From Clostridium sp. CAG:567 (GTDB taxonomy: Bacteria; Bacillota; Clostridia; TANB77; CAG-508), in NCBI GenBank assembly GCA_000437855.1, contig FR902206.1, positions 138,608 to 202,607 on the forward strand: a stretch of 64,000 bases of DNA, given 5' to 3'. The position numbers were made by a program, and so were the translations under genes. The notes beneath the pieces are model-generated. The model was not told where the DNA came from. It was given only the letters and a program-made list of their open reading frames with translations, and searched no databases. Below are positions 1 to 10,431 of the stretch, piece by piece; position 1 is the stretch's first letter; each line of letters begins with the position of its first letter.

Positions 1-183
1 CATTGAAAGTAGTTCCACTAGAGAAGGAAAGAAACCAATAGTTTTTTAACAATACTTACACTTTCAAGTAAATAAGACGCAATGCACTGGAAAGTGTAAG
101 AAAATTTAATTATGTTATTTTGAACGATAATTTAAATCATTTTAATTTTAAATCTTAAAAAATTCCCAAATAAAAAAGAAAAT

Positions 184-218
184 ATTGACAATACGCATTG
201 TACGTGTTATTATTTAGA
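184..218 (+). promoter_or_regulatory. sigma-A-like promoter upstream of hicA (TTGACA-17 nt-TATTAT)
   Basis: ttgaca at 184-189, 17-nt spacer, tattat; lies about 10 nt upstream of the hicA start. Confidence 0.45.
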
Positions 219-228
219 AAGGAAAAAT

Positions 229-421
229 ATGACATTTGTTGAATTAGAAAAAATGCTAAAAAGAGATGGATGGTATTACTATGATTCTGTTGGCTCTCAT
301 ATACAATATAAGCACAGAATAAAACCACGGAAAAGTAACAATACCAAAACATAGAGGAGATGTAAAGAAAGGAACTTTAAATGCAATATTAAAACAAGCT
401 GGTATTAAGGAGGAAGGTTGA
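229..421 (+). pseudogene. hicA: HicA mRNA-interferase toxin, interrupted by a +1 frameshift (extra C at 328 creating CGG at 328-330)
   Basis: Frame A gives MTFVELEKMLKRDGWYYYDSVGSHIQYKHRIKP and then stops after 9 codons. The +1 frame continues GKVTIPKHRGDVKKGTLNAILKQAGIKEEG, the conserved HicA C-terminus. Its stop overlaps the hicB ATG (TGATG). Confidence 0.7.
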
Positions 422-831
422 TGAAAATAGTTTATCCTGCATGTTTTTATAAAGAAGATGATGGTGGATTTAGTGTACAATTTCCAGATTTATTGGGGTG
501 TTGTACACAAGGTGATACAATTGAAGAAGCAATTCAAATGGCAGAAGATGCAGCATTAGGTTGGTTACTGACATCTGTAGAAAATAATGAGGAAATACCT
601 AAGGCAAGTAATATAAAAGATATAAAATTAGAAAATGAAAACGGATTTGTAACATTATTATTACTTGATTTAGGAGCATATAGTCAAAAATATGGAAGTA
701 GAAAATCTGTAAAGAAAAATTTAACAATACCATTTTGGCTAAATGAGAGAGCTGAAAAATTAAATATTAATTTTTCAAAAACTTTACAAGATGCATTAAT
801 GGAAAAAGTATTAAAAAATAATCGATTATAA
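421..831 (+). CDS. hicB: HicB family antitoxin
   Basis: MKIVYPACFYKEDDGGFSVQFPDLLGCCTQGDTIEEAIQMAEDAALGWL is a typical HicB N-terminal domain; translationally coupled to hicA. Confidence 0.85.
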   Translation: MKIVYPACFYKEDDGGFSVQFPDLLGCCTQGDTIEEAIQMAEDAALGWLLTSVENNEEIPKASNIKDIKLENENGFVTLLLLDLGAYSQKYGSRKSVKKNLTIPFWLNERAEKLNINFSKTLQDALMEKVLKNNRL

Positions 832-840
832 TTAAAATAA

Positions 841-869
841 CCCCCGAGTGCTATACAAGCACTCGGGGG
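841..869. terminator. Bidirectional rho-independent terminator between hicB and the convergent GT2 gene
   Basis: cccccgagtgc-tatacaa-gcactcggggg is a perfect 11-bp GC-rich stem, flanked by an A-run on one side and a T-rich stretch on the other. Confidence 0.7.
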
Positions 870-872
870 AGT

Positions 873-1733
873 TTAAATAAACAACTCAGCAAGTTCTTTT
901 TTTAACTCTTCAGACAAAGAGTTATATTTGTCAATGAGACGTCTGTCGAAATCACTGACAAAGAAATCATAGTCCAAAGGCGAAACATTACTGAGTCTGG
1001 CAAAGTTCTGAGTTGCATACTTATATGCTTTTACAAAGTCCTTTGCACGAGATCTTTCAGCCTCCTTGTTTTTGGTATTTGTGATGCTACCCGGGTTATT
1101 ACAGGTATAATTATACCCAATGTAGCTCAGAGTTACAATGCTTTTCGAAGCTGCCACTAAGAGTGGAATCAAGGCGATATCTTCATGGCACTTCAAATCT
1201 GGGAAAAAAAGTACATTGGAAAATACGGTGCGCCTAAAGGCAAAAAGCCAATAAACAGCATATTTTTTGCCAGGAATAGACCATTCCTTAAGTGCGTCAA
1301 GCCCGGAGAGTACTGCCTTGCTATCATCGAAAAAGTTATAACGATCATGGTCTTTGTAATCGCAATCGTTTAACAGTTTTGCCTGATAGCGAATGATATC
1401 AGGGTTATTATGCTCACAAATGACAGTATACAGTTTTTCGAGCAGATTGGGGTTGACAGTGTCATCCGAATCTACCAGAATGATGTATTCACCATTCGAA
1501 AGGTTAATTCCCCGCTGACGAGTAATAGACACGCCAGAATTTTTAAAGCTGTAGACATGCAGCTTCTTTTCCTTTTTTAAATACTCTTTTAAAATTTCTA
1601 AGGTGCTATCCGTAGATCCATCGTTGATTACAACAATTTCGAAGTCACTAAAGGTCTGGACCAGAATGCTATCTAGACAGCTCCGGATGGACCTTTCAGC
1701 ATTATATGCCGGAACAACAAAACTAAACATCAT
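873..1733 (-). CDS. Family 2 glycosyltransferase; GC-richer than its neighbours and uses CGG as Arg twice
   Basis: FSFVVPAYNAERSIRSCLDSILVQTFSDFEIVVINDGSTD (GT2 N-terminal motif, DxD-type). Local GC content is clearly above the flanks. Confidence 0.85.
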   Translation of the reverse strand: MMFSFVVPAYNAERSIRSCLDSILVQTFSDFEIVVINDGSTDSTLEILKEYLKKEKKLHVYSFKNSGVSITRQRGINLSNGEYIILVDSDDTVNPNLLEKLYTVICEHNNPDIIRYQAKLLNDCDYKDHDRYNFFDDSKAVLSGLDALKEWSIPGKKYAVYWLFAFRRTVFSNVLFFPDLKCHEDIALIPLLVAASKSIVTLSYIGYNYTCNNPGSITNTKNKEAERSRAKDFVKAYKYATQNFARLSNVSPLDYDFFVSDFDRRLIDKYNSLSEELKKELAELFI

Positions 1734-1882
1734 GATATAAATCCTCCGTTTATTTAATATAATGTAGTATATAACTAATTTTTTAATATTATATTATGTA
1801 TACTAAAAAAAGTCAACCATAAATTGAAAATTGAATTAATATATTATATAATAATTACAAAATAGAAATATGAGGAATTTAT

Positions 1883-2920
1883 ATGAAAGTAAGTATTATT
1901 GTACCAATTTATAATGTTGAACAATATATTGAAGAATGCTTAAATTCAATATATAATCAAGAATTAGCAGATTTTGAAGTATTATGCATAGATGATAAAG
2001 GAAATGACAAAAGTATAGAAAAAGTAAGAAAGTTTGTAAGCATAAATAATATAACTAATTTAAAAATTATAGAACATAATGAAAATAAAGGAGTAAGTGA
2101 GGCCAGAAATACAGGAATTAAAAATGCTAAAGGAAAATATATATGTTTTTTAGATAGCGATGATATGCTAATAAAAGGTGGACTAAAACAATTAATAGAA
2201 CAAGCAGAAAAAAATGATTTGGACATTATTGAAGGAAGAATAGAAGAAAAGTATGAGACTAAATTTAAAATAGAATTAGATGAAAAATATAAGAATAAAA
2301 AATCAACAGAAGTTTTGAGTGGCGACGAGTATTTTGCAGAACAATGTTATAAAAAAGAGTACTTACCAACTGCTTGGTGTAGAATTTATAATAGAGAATT
2401 AGTATTTAATAACTGTTACTTTACACCAAATATAGAATTTGAAGATGAGGAATTTTCACCAAGAGCAATCATAAATGCTAAAAGAGTACAATATATAGAT
2501 ATTTCTTTATATATGTATAGAAGAAGAAATAATAGTATTACTACGTCTGTGTCAAATAGCAAATGGTATGAAAGCTATTTTATAATTATTAATAACCTTC
2601 AAAAATTTGCAGAGGAAATAAAAGAAAAAAAAAGTTATAAATTTTTAATAAACAGAGTAGAGGAAATAACATTATCAATATTAAAAAATACAATTGAATA
2701 TGGTACTAGTAAAGAAGAAATATCATATATAACAAACGAAATAAAAACAAAAAAATTATATTCTATACTACTAAAAAGTAAAAATATAAAAATGAGAATA
2801 TTAGGCTATCTTATGAAACAGCCTAAAATTTTTATAAAATTATACAAAGCAAAAAAAGGAAAAACTAAAAATCATAATATATTATATAAAAGTCATGAGG
2901 TAAAAAGATATGAAGTATGA
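1883..2920 (+). CDS. Family 2 glycosyltransferase
   Basis: MKVSIIVPIYNVEQYIEECLNSIYNQ...CIDDKGNDKS...FLDSDD. Confidence 0.85.
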   Translation: MKVSIIVPIYNVEQYIEECLNSIYNQELADFEVLCIDDKGNDKSIEKVRKFVSINNITNLKIIEHNENKGVSEARNTGIKNAKGKYICFLDSDDMLIKGGLKQLIEQAEKNDLDIIEGRIEEKYETKFKIELDEKYKNKKSTEVLSGDEYFAEQCYKKEYLPTAWCRIYNRELVFNNCYFTPNIEFEDEEFSPRAIINAKRVQYIDISLYMYRRRNNSITTSVSNSKWYESYFIIINNLQKFAEEIKEKKSYKFLINRVEEITLSILKNTIEYGTSKEEISYITNEIKTKKLYSILLKSKNIKMRILGYLMKQPKIFIKLYKAKKGKTKNHNILYKSHEVKRYEV

Positions 2921-5267
2921 AAATATAATTAATAAAATGACACTAGAAGAAAAAGCTAGTTTATGTGTAGGAAAAGACTATTGGAACAGTGAGAATATAG
3001 AAAGATTAGGTATACCATCTATAAAAATGTCTGATGGACCACATGGACTTAGAGTTCAAAAGGAAAAAGGAGATAACTTAGGTGTAAATAAAAGCGAAGT
3101 TGCAATATGTTTTCCATCATCTGCAACAATAGCAAATAGCTGGGATAAAGATATTGCATATAAACTTGGTAAAACACTTGGTGAGGAAGCTAAAAGTGAA
3201 AATGTAAATATAGTATTAGGACCTGGAGTAAATATAAAAAGATCTCCACTTGGCGGTAGAAATTTTGAGTATTTTTCAGAAGATCCATATTTAACAGGTA
3301 TAATGGCTACACAATATGTAAAAGGCTTACAAAGTAATAATGTAGGAGCATGTGTAAAACACTTTGCTGTAAATAATCAAGAAAATAGAAGAAGAACAGT
3401 AAATGTAGTGGTAGACGAAAGAACACTAAGAGAAATATATTTAAAAGCATTTGAAATGATTGTAAAAGAAGCAAAGCCTTGGTCTGTTATGAGTGCATAT
3501 AACAAGTTAAATGGTAAATATTGTACTGAAAATGAAGTATTATTAAATATTTTAAAAAAAGAATGGAACTTTGAAGGAATAGTTATTACAGATTGGGGAG
3601 CTGAAAACGACAGAGTAAAAGGTTTAATTGCTGGTAATGAATTAGAAATGCCTGGTGGTAGAGGTAATGGAAAAGAAGAAATAGTACAAGCAGTTAAAGA
3701 TGGAAAAGTAAGTGAAGAATATTTAGATGAAATTGTAGATAGAATTTTGAATATTGCATTTAAGTGTGAAAAAGTAGAACATAGCTACAGTAAAGAAGAG
3801 CATCATAAGATTGCAATGGAATTAGCACAGGAATCAATAGTGCTACTAAAAAATGAAAATAACATATTACCAATAAATAAAAGAAAAATAGCACTTATAG
3901 GAGATATGGCTAAAAATCCTAGATATCAAGGAGCTGGTAGTTCAACAATAAATCCATATAAAGTTGAAAATGCTTATGATTGCTTTATACAAAAAGGAAT
4001 AGAAGTTGATTATGCTAAAGGGTATAACAGACTTGAATCAGATGATGATAAAGAGTTAATTAATCAAGCTGTAGAAGTTGCAAAAAACAAAAATGTAGTT
4101 ATATTATTTTTAGGTTTAACAGAAAATTATGAATCTGAAGGAATGGATAGAAATAATTTAGAAATTCCTAAAAATCAAATTAAATTAATTGAAAGTATAT
4201 ATAATGTAAACAAAAATATTATAGTAGTTTTATCAAATGGAGCACCAATAACAATGGAGTGGAAAGATAAAGCAAAAGCTATTATAACAGGATATTTAGG
4301 TGGAGAATCAGGAGCTAAAGCGATGGTTAACTGTATTTTAGGTAAAGTAAATCCAAGTGGAAAGCTTGCAGAAACTTATCCTATAAAGCTAGAAGATACA
4401 CCATGTTTTAACAATTTCCCAGGTACAGAAATAAGTGTAGAGTATAAAGAAGTTATATATGTTGGTTACAGATATTATGATAAGAATAACATTAAAGTGC
4501 TATATCCATTTGGATACGGACTTAGCTATACAACTTTTGAGTATTCAAATTTAAATGTAGAAAATAATATTGTATCATTTAGAATAAAAAATACTGGGAA
4601 AGTAAAAGGAAAAGAAATTGCTCAAGTTTATGTGTCACAATGTAATCCGACTGTTTTTAAACCTTTAAAAGAACTAAAAGGTTTTGAAAAAGTTGAACTA
4701 GAACCAAATGAAGAAAAAAAAGTAAATATTACTTTAGACGATTCTGCTTTTCAGTATTATAATGTACAAAATAAAAAGTGGGAAATAGAGTCAGGAGAAT
4801 ATAAAATATTAGTAGGAAAATCTTGTGAAAGCATTGAATTAGAATGTAAGATAAATATTGATTCAAAAGATAAAAAGCCAGAAGAGGATTTTCCAGATGT
4901 ATATAGAAGCGGAAAAGTTCAAAATGTTTCAGATGAAGATTTTGAAAAATTGCTCGGACAAAAAATTCCTGATAGATATATAAAATTAGAGGATATTTCT
5001 GAAGACAATACTTTAGAACAAATTAAAAATACTAAGGTTGGAAAAATTATATATGAAAATCAAATTCAGAAAATGAATAAACTATTACAGGAACAAAATG
5101 TAAACAAAGCAACAAAGGTTATGATGGATATGCAAAAACCATTAAAGAAATTTTATGAAAAGAAAAGTAGTAAATATACCAAAGAAATGGTAGATGAGCT
5201 AATAAACATAGCAAAGAATGACTTAGATTATAAAGAATGTAAATTTGTAAATGAATATTTAAAATAA
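2910..5267 (+). CDS. Glycoside hydrolase family 3 (beta-glucosidase-like) with a C-terminal Fn3-like domain
   Basis: 785 aa. GH3 N- and C-domains (KHFAVNNQE, ITDWGA), FGYGLSYTTFEYSNL. Overlaps the upstream GT2 gene by 11 nt. Confidence 0.88.
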   Translation: MKYENIINKMTLEEKASLCVGKDYWNSENIERLGIPSIKMSDGPHGLRVQKEKGDNLGVNKSEVAICFPSSATIANSWDKDIAYKLGKTLGEEAKSENVNIVLGPGVNIKRSPLGGRNFEYFSEDPYLTGIMATQYVKGLQSNNVGACVKHFAVNNQENRRRTVNVVVDERTLREIYLKAFEMIVKEAKPWSVMSAYNKLNGKYCTENEVLLNILKKEWNFEGIVITDWGAENDRVKGLIAGNELEMPGGRGNGKEEIVQAVKDGKVSEEYLDEIVDRILNIAFKCEKVEHSYSKEEHHKIAMELAQESIVLLKNENNILPINKRKIALIGDMAKNPRYQGAGSSTINPYKVENAYDCFIQKGIEVDYAKGYNRLESDDDKELINQAVEVAKNKNVVILFLGLTENYESEGMDRNNLEIPKNQIKLIESIYNVNKNIIVVLSNGAPITMEWKDKAKAIITGYLGGESGAKAMVNCILGKVNPSGKLAETYPIKLEDTPCFNNFPGTEISVEYKEVIYVGYRYYDKNNIKVLYPFGYGLSYTTFEYSNLNVENNIVSFRIKNTGKVKGKEIAQVYVSQCNPTVFKPLKELKGFEKVELEPNEEKKVNITLDDSAFQYYNVQNKKWEIESGEYKILVGKSCESIELECKINIDSKDKKPEEDFPDVYRSGKVQNVSDEDFEKLLGQKIPDRYIKLEDISEDNTLEQIKNTKVGKIIYENQIQKMNKLLQEQNVNKATKVMMDMQKPLKKFYEKKSSKYTKEMVDELINIAKNDLDYKECKFVNEYLK

Positions 5268-5280
5268 AGGAGAATTTAAA

Positions 5281-5868
5281 ATGCTTAGAAGTGTAATTGT
5301 ATTTTTAGTACATATATTTTCAGTAATTGTATTTAGAGTAAAATTAGTAGGAAAGGAGAATGTGCCAAAAGAAGGAGCATATATTATGTGTGCTAATCAC
5401 CAATCCAATTGGGATGCACCAATTTTAGTTTCTTCAACTAAAAGAAGAATGCATGTTATGGCAAAAGAAGAACTATTCAAAAATAAGTTTATATATTGGT
5501 TAGGTGAAAAGTGCTTAGTATTTCCTGTTAAAAGAGGAAAAATGGATTTAGATTCTATGAAGCATTCTTTAAAAGTTTTAAAAGATGGTGAGATACTAAT
5601 GCTATTTCCAGAAGGAACAAGAAAAGGAATGGCAAAAAACGGTAGAGCTCAAAATGGAGCAGCATTTATGACGTTGAGAACTGGGGTACCAGTAATACCA
5701 GTAAATATTTCGGGAGAGATGAAACTTTTTCACAAAGTAACTATATATTATGGTAAACCATTAGATTTTAGTGAATATAAAACCAATAAACCAGAAAAAG
5801 AAGTCTTAGAAAAAGTAAGTAAAGAAATAATGGATAATATTATTATGTTGACAAACAAAAATCAATAG
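5281..5868 (+). CDS. plsC: 1-acyl-sn-glycerol-3-phosphate acyltransferase
   Basis: H(X)4D motif ANHQSNWDAPIL, FPEGTR motif, 195 aa. Confidence 0.85.
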   Translation: MLRSVIVFLVHIFSVIVFRVKLVGKENVPKEGAYIMCANHQSNWDAPILVSSTKRRMHVMAKEELFKNKFIYWLGEKCLVFPVKRGKMDLDSMKHSLKVLKDGEILMLFPEGTRKGMAKNGRAQNGAAFMTLRTGVPVIPVNISGEMKLFHKVTIYYGKPLDFSEYKTNKPEKEVLEKVSKEIMDNIIMLTNKNQ

Positions 5869-5926
5869 AGTATAATTGAAATGTTAGACTATTAAATGTA
5901 TAAATTATAGATAGGGGTAATAAAAA

Positions 5927-7750
5927 ATGAATAATCAAAATATTAGAAACATAGCAATTATCGCACACGTAGATCATGGTAAAACTACATTAGTTGATGC
6001 TCTTTTAAGACAAAGCCATGTATTTAGAGAAAATGAACAAGTATCTGAAAGAGTAATGGATTCAGGAGATATTGAAAAAGAAAGAGGAATTACAATTCTT
6101 TCTAAAAATACATCAGTTATGTATAATGGCATAAAAATAAATATTGTTGACACGCCTGGGCATGCTGATTTTGGTGGAGAAGTAGAACGTGTACTTAAAA
6201 TGGTAGACGGTGTACTTTTATTAGTTGATGCTTTTGAAGGACCAATGCCTCAAACTAGAGAAGTTTTAAAGAAATCTTTAGCATTAAATTTAAAACCAAT
6301 AGTTGTTATAAATAAAATAGATAGACCAGGTGCAGATCCATTAAAGGTTGTTGACAAAGTTCTAGAATTATTTATTGAGCTAAATGCAAATGACGAACAA
6401 CTAGATTTCCCAGTTGTATATACATCTGCAAAAAATGGAATTGCTAAAATGAATTTAACAGATGAAAGTGATAATGTAACATGTATTTTTGATACAATTA
6501 TCAAAAACATAAATCCACCAGCATGTGAGCAAGATGGAACAATGCAATTATTAGTTTCTAATATTGATTATGATGATTATTTAGGAAGATTAGCAGTTGG
6601 TAGAGTTGAACGTGGAACAATAAAAGTTGGACAAAGTGTTGCTATTTGCAAAAAAGACGACAAAATAGCACAAGGAAAAATTGCTAAACTATTTACTTAT
6701 CAAGGATTAAAAAGAACTGAAGTAGAGGAAGTTGGTGCTGGAGATATAGTATGTATTTCTGGTATTAGTGATATTAATATTGGAGAAACTGTTTGCGATG
6801 TAAATAATCCAGAAAAAATAGATTTCGTTGATATTGATGAACCAACAGTATCTATGACTTTTAGTGTTAATAATGGACCTTTAGCTGGTAAAGAAGGACA
6901 ATTTGTTACATCAAGACATATTCGTGATAGACTATTTAAAGAACTAGAAAGAAATGTAAGCTTACGTGTAAAAGAAACAGATACACCAGATAGCTTTGAA
7001 GTATGTGGACGTGGAGAGTTACATTTATCAGTATTAATAGAAACAATGAGAAGAGAAGGATTTGAACTTTTAGTATCTCGTCCAAAGGTTATTTTTAAAG
7101 AAATTGATGGTGTAAAATGTGAACCAATGGAAAGATTGGTTGTAAATGTTCCAGATGATTGTATAGGAAATGTTATTGAAAAACTTGGAAGAAGAAAAGC
7201 TGAAATGATAAATATGGAACCAGCAGAAGCAGGACATACAAAAGTAGAATTTAAAATACCTGCAAGAGGTTTAATTGGTTATCGTACAGAGTTCCTAACA
7301 GATACAAAAGGTGAAGGAACAATGAACAGCATATTTGATTGCTATGAACCATATAAAGGAGAAATTCAAGCAAGAACAAGAGGAGTTTTAGTTGCATTTG
7401 AACCAGGAACATCAATTACTTATGGATTATACAATGCCCAAGAAAGAGGAGAACTATTAATTGGAGCAGGTGTTGAAGTATATGAAGGAATGATAGTTGG
7501 TATTAATTCTAGAAATGAAGACATTTCTATAAATGTATGTAAAGAAAAACACTTAACAAATACTAGAGCATCTGGATCAGATGATGCACTTCGTTTAGTA
7601 CCACCAGTACAAATGTCATTAGAAAAAGCTATTGAATTTATTGCTGAAGACGAATTAGTTGAAATAACACCAAAAAATATTCGTCTAAGAAAGAAAATAT
7701 TAAATAACAAAGATAGAGAAAGAATGGCAAGAAGAGCTACAGCAGAGTAG
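5927..7750 (+). CDS. typA: Translational GTPase TypA/BipA
   Basis: IRNIAIIAHVDHGKTTLVDALL, DTPGHADFGGEVER, 607 aa. Confidence 0.95.
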   Translation: MNNQNIRNIAIIAHVDHGKTTLVDALLRQSHVFRENEQVSERVMDSGDIEKERGITILSKNTSVMYNGIKINIVDTPGHADFGGEVERVLKMVDGVLLLVDAFEGPMPQTREVLKKSLALNLKPIVVINKIDRPGADPLKVVDKVLELFIELNANDEQLDFPVVYTSAKNGIAKMNLTDESDNVTCIFDTIIKNINPPACEQDGTMQLLVSNIDYDDYLGRLAVGRVERGTIKVGQSVAICKKDDKIAQGKIAKLFTYQGLKRTEVEEVGAGDIVCISGISDINIGETVCDVNNPEKIDFVDIDEPTVSMTFSVNNGPLAGKEGQFVTSRHIRDRLFKELERNVSLRVKETDTPDSFEVCGRGELHLSVLIETMRREGFELLVSRPKVIFKEIDGVKCEPMERLVVNVPDDCIGNVIEKLGRRKAEMINMEPAEAGHTKVEFKIPARGLIGYRTEFLTDTKGEGTMNSIFDCYEPYKGEIQARTRGVLVAFEPGTSITYGLYNAQERGELLIGAGVEVYEGMIVGINSRNEDISINVCKEKHLTNTRASGSDDALRLVPPVQMSLEKAIEFIAEDELVEITPKNIRLRKKILNNKDRERMARRATAE

Positions 7751-7821
7751 TAAAGGAGTAAAGTTGTTATCTTCAAATCCAAAATATCAAAAATATAAGC
7801 AATATTTTAGAAAATGGATAA

Positions 7822-8463
7822 ATGATCAATATGCTAAAAAAGAAGAGATACAAAAAAGAGGAAAAAGAGAAGATGAACAAGAAAGAGATTAGTATAATTA
7901 AGAAAAAAGCTTTAGAAGACAAAGTGCCAATTATAATGGATGATACTTTAGAAGTTATTGCAAAAATATTAGATGAAATTAAACCTAAGAAAATATTAGA
8001 AATTGGAACAGCAGTTGGCTATTCAGCCATCTGCTTTTCAGAATATTTGCAAGAAAATGGAAAGATAGATACAATTGAAAGAGACACTGAAAGAGTAAAA
8101 GAGGCAAGAGAAAATATTAAAAAAGCTGAAGTTGAAGAAAAAATAAACATATATGAAGGAGATGCAGTAGAAATATTGCCTACTTTAAATGATGAGTATG
8201 ATGTTGTATTTATAGATGCTGCAAAAGGAAAATACCCATTTTTCTTAAATCAGGCTTTGAGGATGATAAAACCGGGAGGGGTAATATTTGCAGACAATAT
8301 ATTATACAAGGGTTATGTTATGAGTGATTATAATAAACACAAACAAAGAACTGCTGTAAGGAACCTAAGAGAATATATTGCTGAAATTACAAATAATGAA
8401 AAATTAGAAACAGAGATATTAGAAGTTGGAGATGGTCTTGCTATATCAAAGACAAAAAGATGA
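7822..8463 (+). CDS. Class I SAM-dependent O-methyltransferase (YrrM/TrmR-like). The true start is probably the internal ATG near 7873.
   Basis: ILEIGTAVGYSAICF, VFIDAAKGKYP (caffeoyl-CoA O-methyltransferase-type fold). Confidence 0.8.
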   Translation: MINMLKKKRYKKEEKEKMNKKEISIIKKKALEDKVPIIMDDTLEVIAKILDEIKPKKILEIGTAVGYSAICFSEYLQENGKIDTIERDTERVKEARENIKKAEVEEKINIYEGDAVEILPTLNDEYDVVFIDAAKGKYPFFLNQALRMIKPGGVIFADNILYKGYVMSDYNKHKQRTAVRNLREYIAEITNNEKLETEILEVGDGLAISKTKR

Positions 8464-8485
8464 CTTTTAAAGTCATCTTTTTCGT
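8456..8485 (+). terminator. Rho-independent terminator after the O-methyltransferase gene
   Basis: aaagatgact-tttaa-agtcatcttt followed by a T-run. Confidence 0.6.
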
Positions 8486-8501
8486 TGTATAAGAAATTTT
8501 A

Positions 8502-9053
8502 TTATATATTTAAATAACGTACACAAGATGCAATAGTGTCAACAATAAATAATAATAAGAAAGTATATAATAAAATTATTTGCATTGCATAAGGAATTTT
8601 TGAAAGTATAATATTCACATGCTTTTTAAAAAAAGGATAAATGTGGTTTATAAATAAAATTGCTATTATACCCCAAGCAAATGAATAAAAAATGCTAATT
8701 CGCCCATTTAAGTTAAAGAATTCATTTGTATAATCCCACCAATGCATTGCAAACATTGCATCTAAAATATAGCTTACTGAATATTCAAATACGGAAAAAA
8801 TAACAGCTGCATAAATAAAAAGTTTAAAATTGTAATTTTTGTATTTATAAAAAAACATTATGAGAATTAAAGCCCCATAGCCATAAATAGGGCAGATAGG
8901 ACCATACAAAAAACCTCTTTTTACAAAATGGCCAAGATTATATATTGCATACAAAGTTTCCATAATCCAACCAATGCAAGCAAATAAAAGAAAATATAAA
9001 ATAAGAATTTGAAACCTATTTAATTTTACTTTTTTCTTTAATGTGTTTTCCAT
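8502..9053 (-). CDS. Polytopic membrane protein (putative ABC-transporter type IV / DUF1113-like)
   Basis: 183 aa, about 5 TM segments, GPICPIYGYGA motif. The family assignment is from memory only. Confidence 0.55.
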   Translation of the reverse strand: MENTLKKKVKLNRFQILILYFLLFACIGWIMETLYAIYNLGHFVKRGFLYGPICPIYGYGALILIMFFYKYKNYNFKLFIYAAVIFSVFEYSVSYILDAMFAMHWWDYTNEFFNLNGRISIFYSFAWGIIAILFINHIYPFFKKHVNIILSKIPYAMQIILLYTFLLLFIVDTIASCVRYLNI

Positions 9054-9174
9054 AATAAAACTCCTCTTAATATAATCTATAATACCAAATTTTAATAAAA
9101 ATGTAAAGTATTAGTTTAGGGACGTTTCTTTAATATGATACTTGACAAGTAGTGTATAATTATATTGAATCTTT

Positions 9175-10431
9175 TTGAAATGGAGAAATAAAATGAATAA
9201 AATAAAACCAGAATTATTAGCACCAGCAGGGTCTTTTGAAAAAGCTAAAACAGCCTTTTTATATGGGGCAGATGCAGTTTACTGTGGTACAGGTGCTCTT
9301 TCATTAAGAAGTAGAGCAGAAGTTGACAATGATGATTTAGCTAAAACAATTAAATATGCGCATAGCATAGGAAAAAAGGTTTATGCTGCCATAAATATTT
9401 ATGCTTGGGATAGTTATTATGAAGAAATAAAAGAACAAGCTAAAATGCTAAATGACTTAAAAGTAGATGCTATTATTGCTTCTGATGGTGGCGTAATGGA
9501 AATATTAAAACAATATGCACCTGATGTTGAAATACATGTAAGCACACAAGCAAATACTGTTAGTTACCATAGTGCAAACTTTTGGTATAAAAACGGAGCT
9601 AAAAGAGTTATTTTAGGTAGAGAGTTAAATAAAGAACAAATAAGAGATATTATAAACAACACTCCAAAAGATTTAACAACAGAAATATTTGTGCATGGAG
9701 CTATTTGTTTTGGATATTCAGGAAGATGTTTCTTAAGTGATTTCTTGGCTAGTAGAAGTGCAAATCTTGGAGATTGTGCTCAAAGTTGTAGATGGGCATA
9801 TAATGTATATGTTGAAGAGCATAATAAGCCTGGAAATTTAATGCCAGTTGAATATGATGAAAATGGTACATATATATTTTCATCTAAAGATTTATGCTTA
9901 ATTAAAGAAGTGCCTGAAATAATTGATATGGGAGTAGATAGCTTAAAAATAGAAGGCAGATTAAAAACAGAATATTATTTGGCATCTGTAGTAAATGCTT
10001 ATAGAAATGCAATTGATGATTATATAAATGATTCAGAACATTACGATTATACAAAATATTTAAGTGAATTAGAAAAGACAAAAACAAGAGGATTAACAAC
10101 ATTCTATTTTAATGATAGAAATAACAAGGATTTCCAAGAATATGATGGCAAACAGTATAATCCAAATTATGAATTTGGAGGAAAAGTGTTAAATGAAAAT
10201 GGAGATAAATACATAATTGAAATTAGAAATAAATTATCTGTTGGAGATACAATGGAAATTTTAATACCTGGAAAAATAGAGCCTGTAAGCTTTAAGATAG
10301 AAAATTTATGGGACTCAGAAACAGAAGAAGAGATACCAACTGTAAATCCGGGAAAAGCAGAACAAACTGTTTTAATGAAATTACCAATTAAAGCAGAGGG
10401 TGGATGGATTTTAAGAAGAAAGAAAGCTTAG
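9175..10431 (+). CDS. Peptidase U32 family (collagenase-like PrtC/YhbU). The likely start is the ATG at 9193.
   Basis: KPELLAPAGSFEKAKTAFLYGADAVYCG, EIFVHGAICFGYSGRCFLS. Confidence 0.85.
   Translation: MKWRNKMNKIKPELLAPAGSFEKAKTAFLYGADAVYCGTGALSLRSRAEVDNDDLAKTIKYAHSIGKKVYAAINIYAWDSYYEEIKEQAKMLNDLKVDAIIASDGGVMEILKQYAPDVEIHVSTQANTVSYHSANFWYKNGAKRVILGRELNKEQIRDIINNTPKDLTTEIFVHGAICFGYSGRCFLSDFLASRSANLGDCAQSCRWAYNVYVEEHNKPGNLMPVEYDENGTYIFSSKDLCLIKEVPEIIDMGVDSLKIEGRLKTEYYLASVVNAYRNAIDDYINDSEHYDYTKYLSELEKTKTRGLTTFYFNDRNNKDFQEYDGKQYNPNYEFGGKVLNENGDKYIIEIRNKLSVGDTMEILIPGKIEPVSFKIENLWDSETEEEIPTVNPGKAEQTVLMKLPIKAEGGWILRRKKA

Noticed and set aside
52-102. 11-bp inverted repeat cttacactttc...gaaagtgtaag at the window start as a functional element
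   Set aside because: A single hairpin with no flanking T-run or gene context (the window edge cuts the upstream region). Cannot be evaluated.
155-480. Minus-strand ORFs overlapping hicA/hicB
   Set aside because: They are antisense to the HicA/HicB coding sequence, which has clear homology, and their translations are hydrophobic nonsense.
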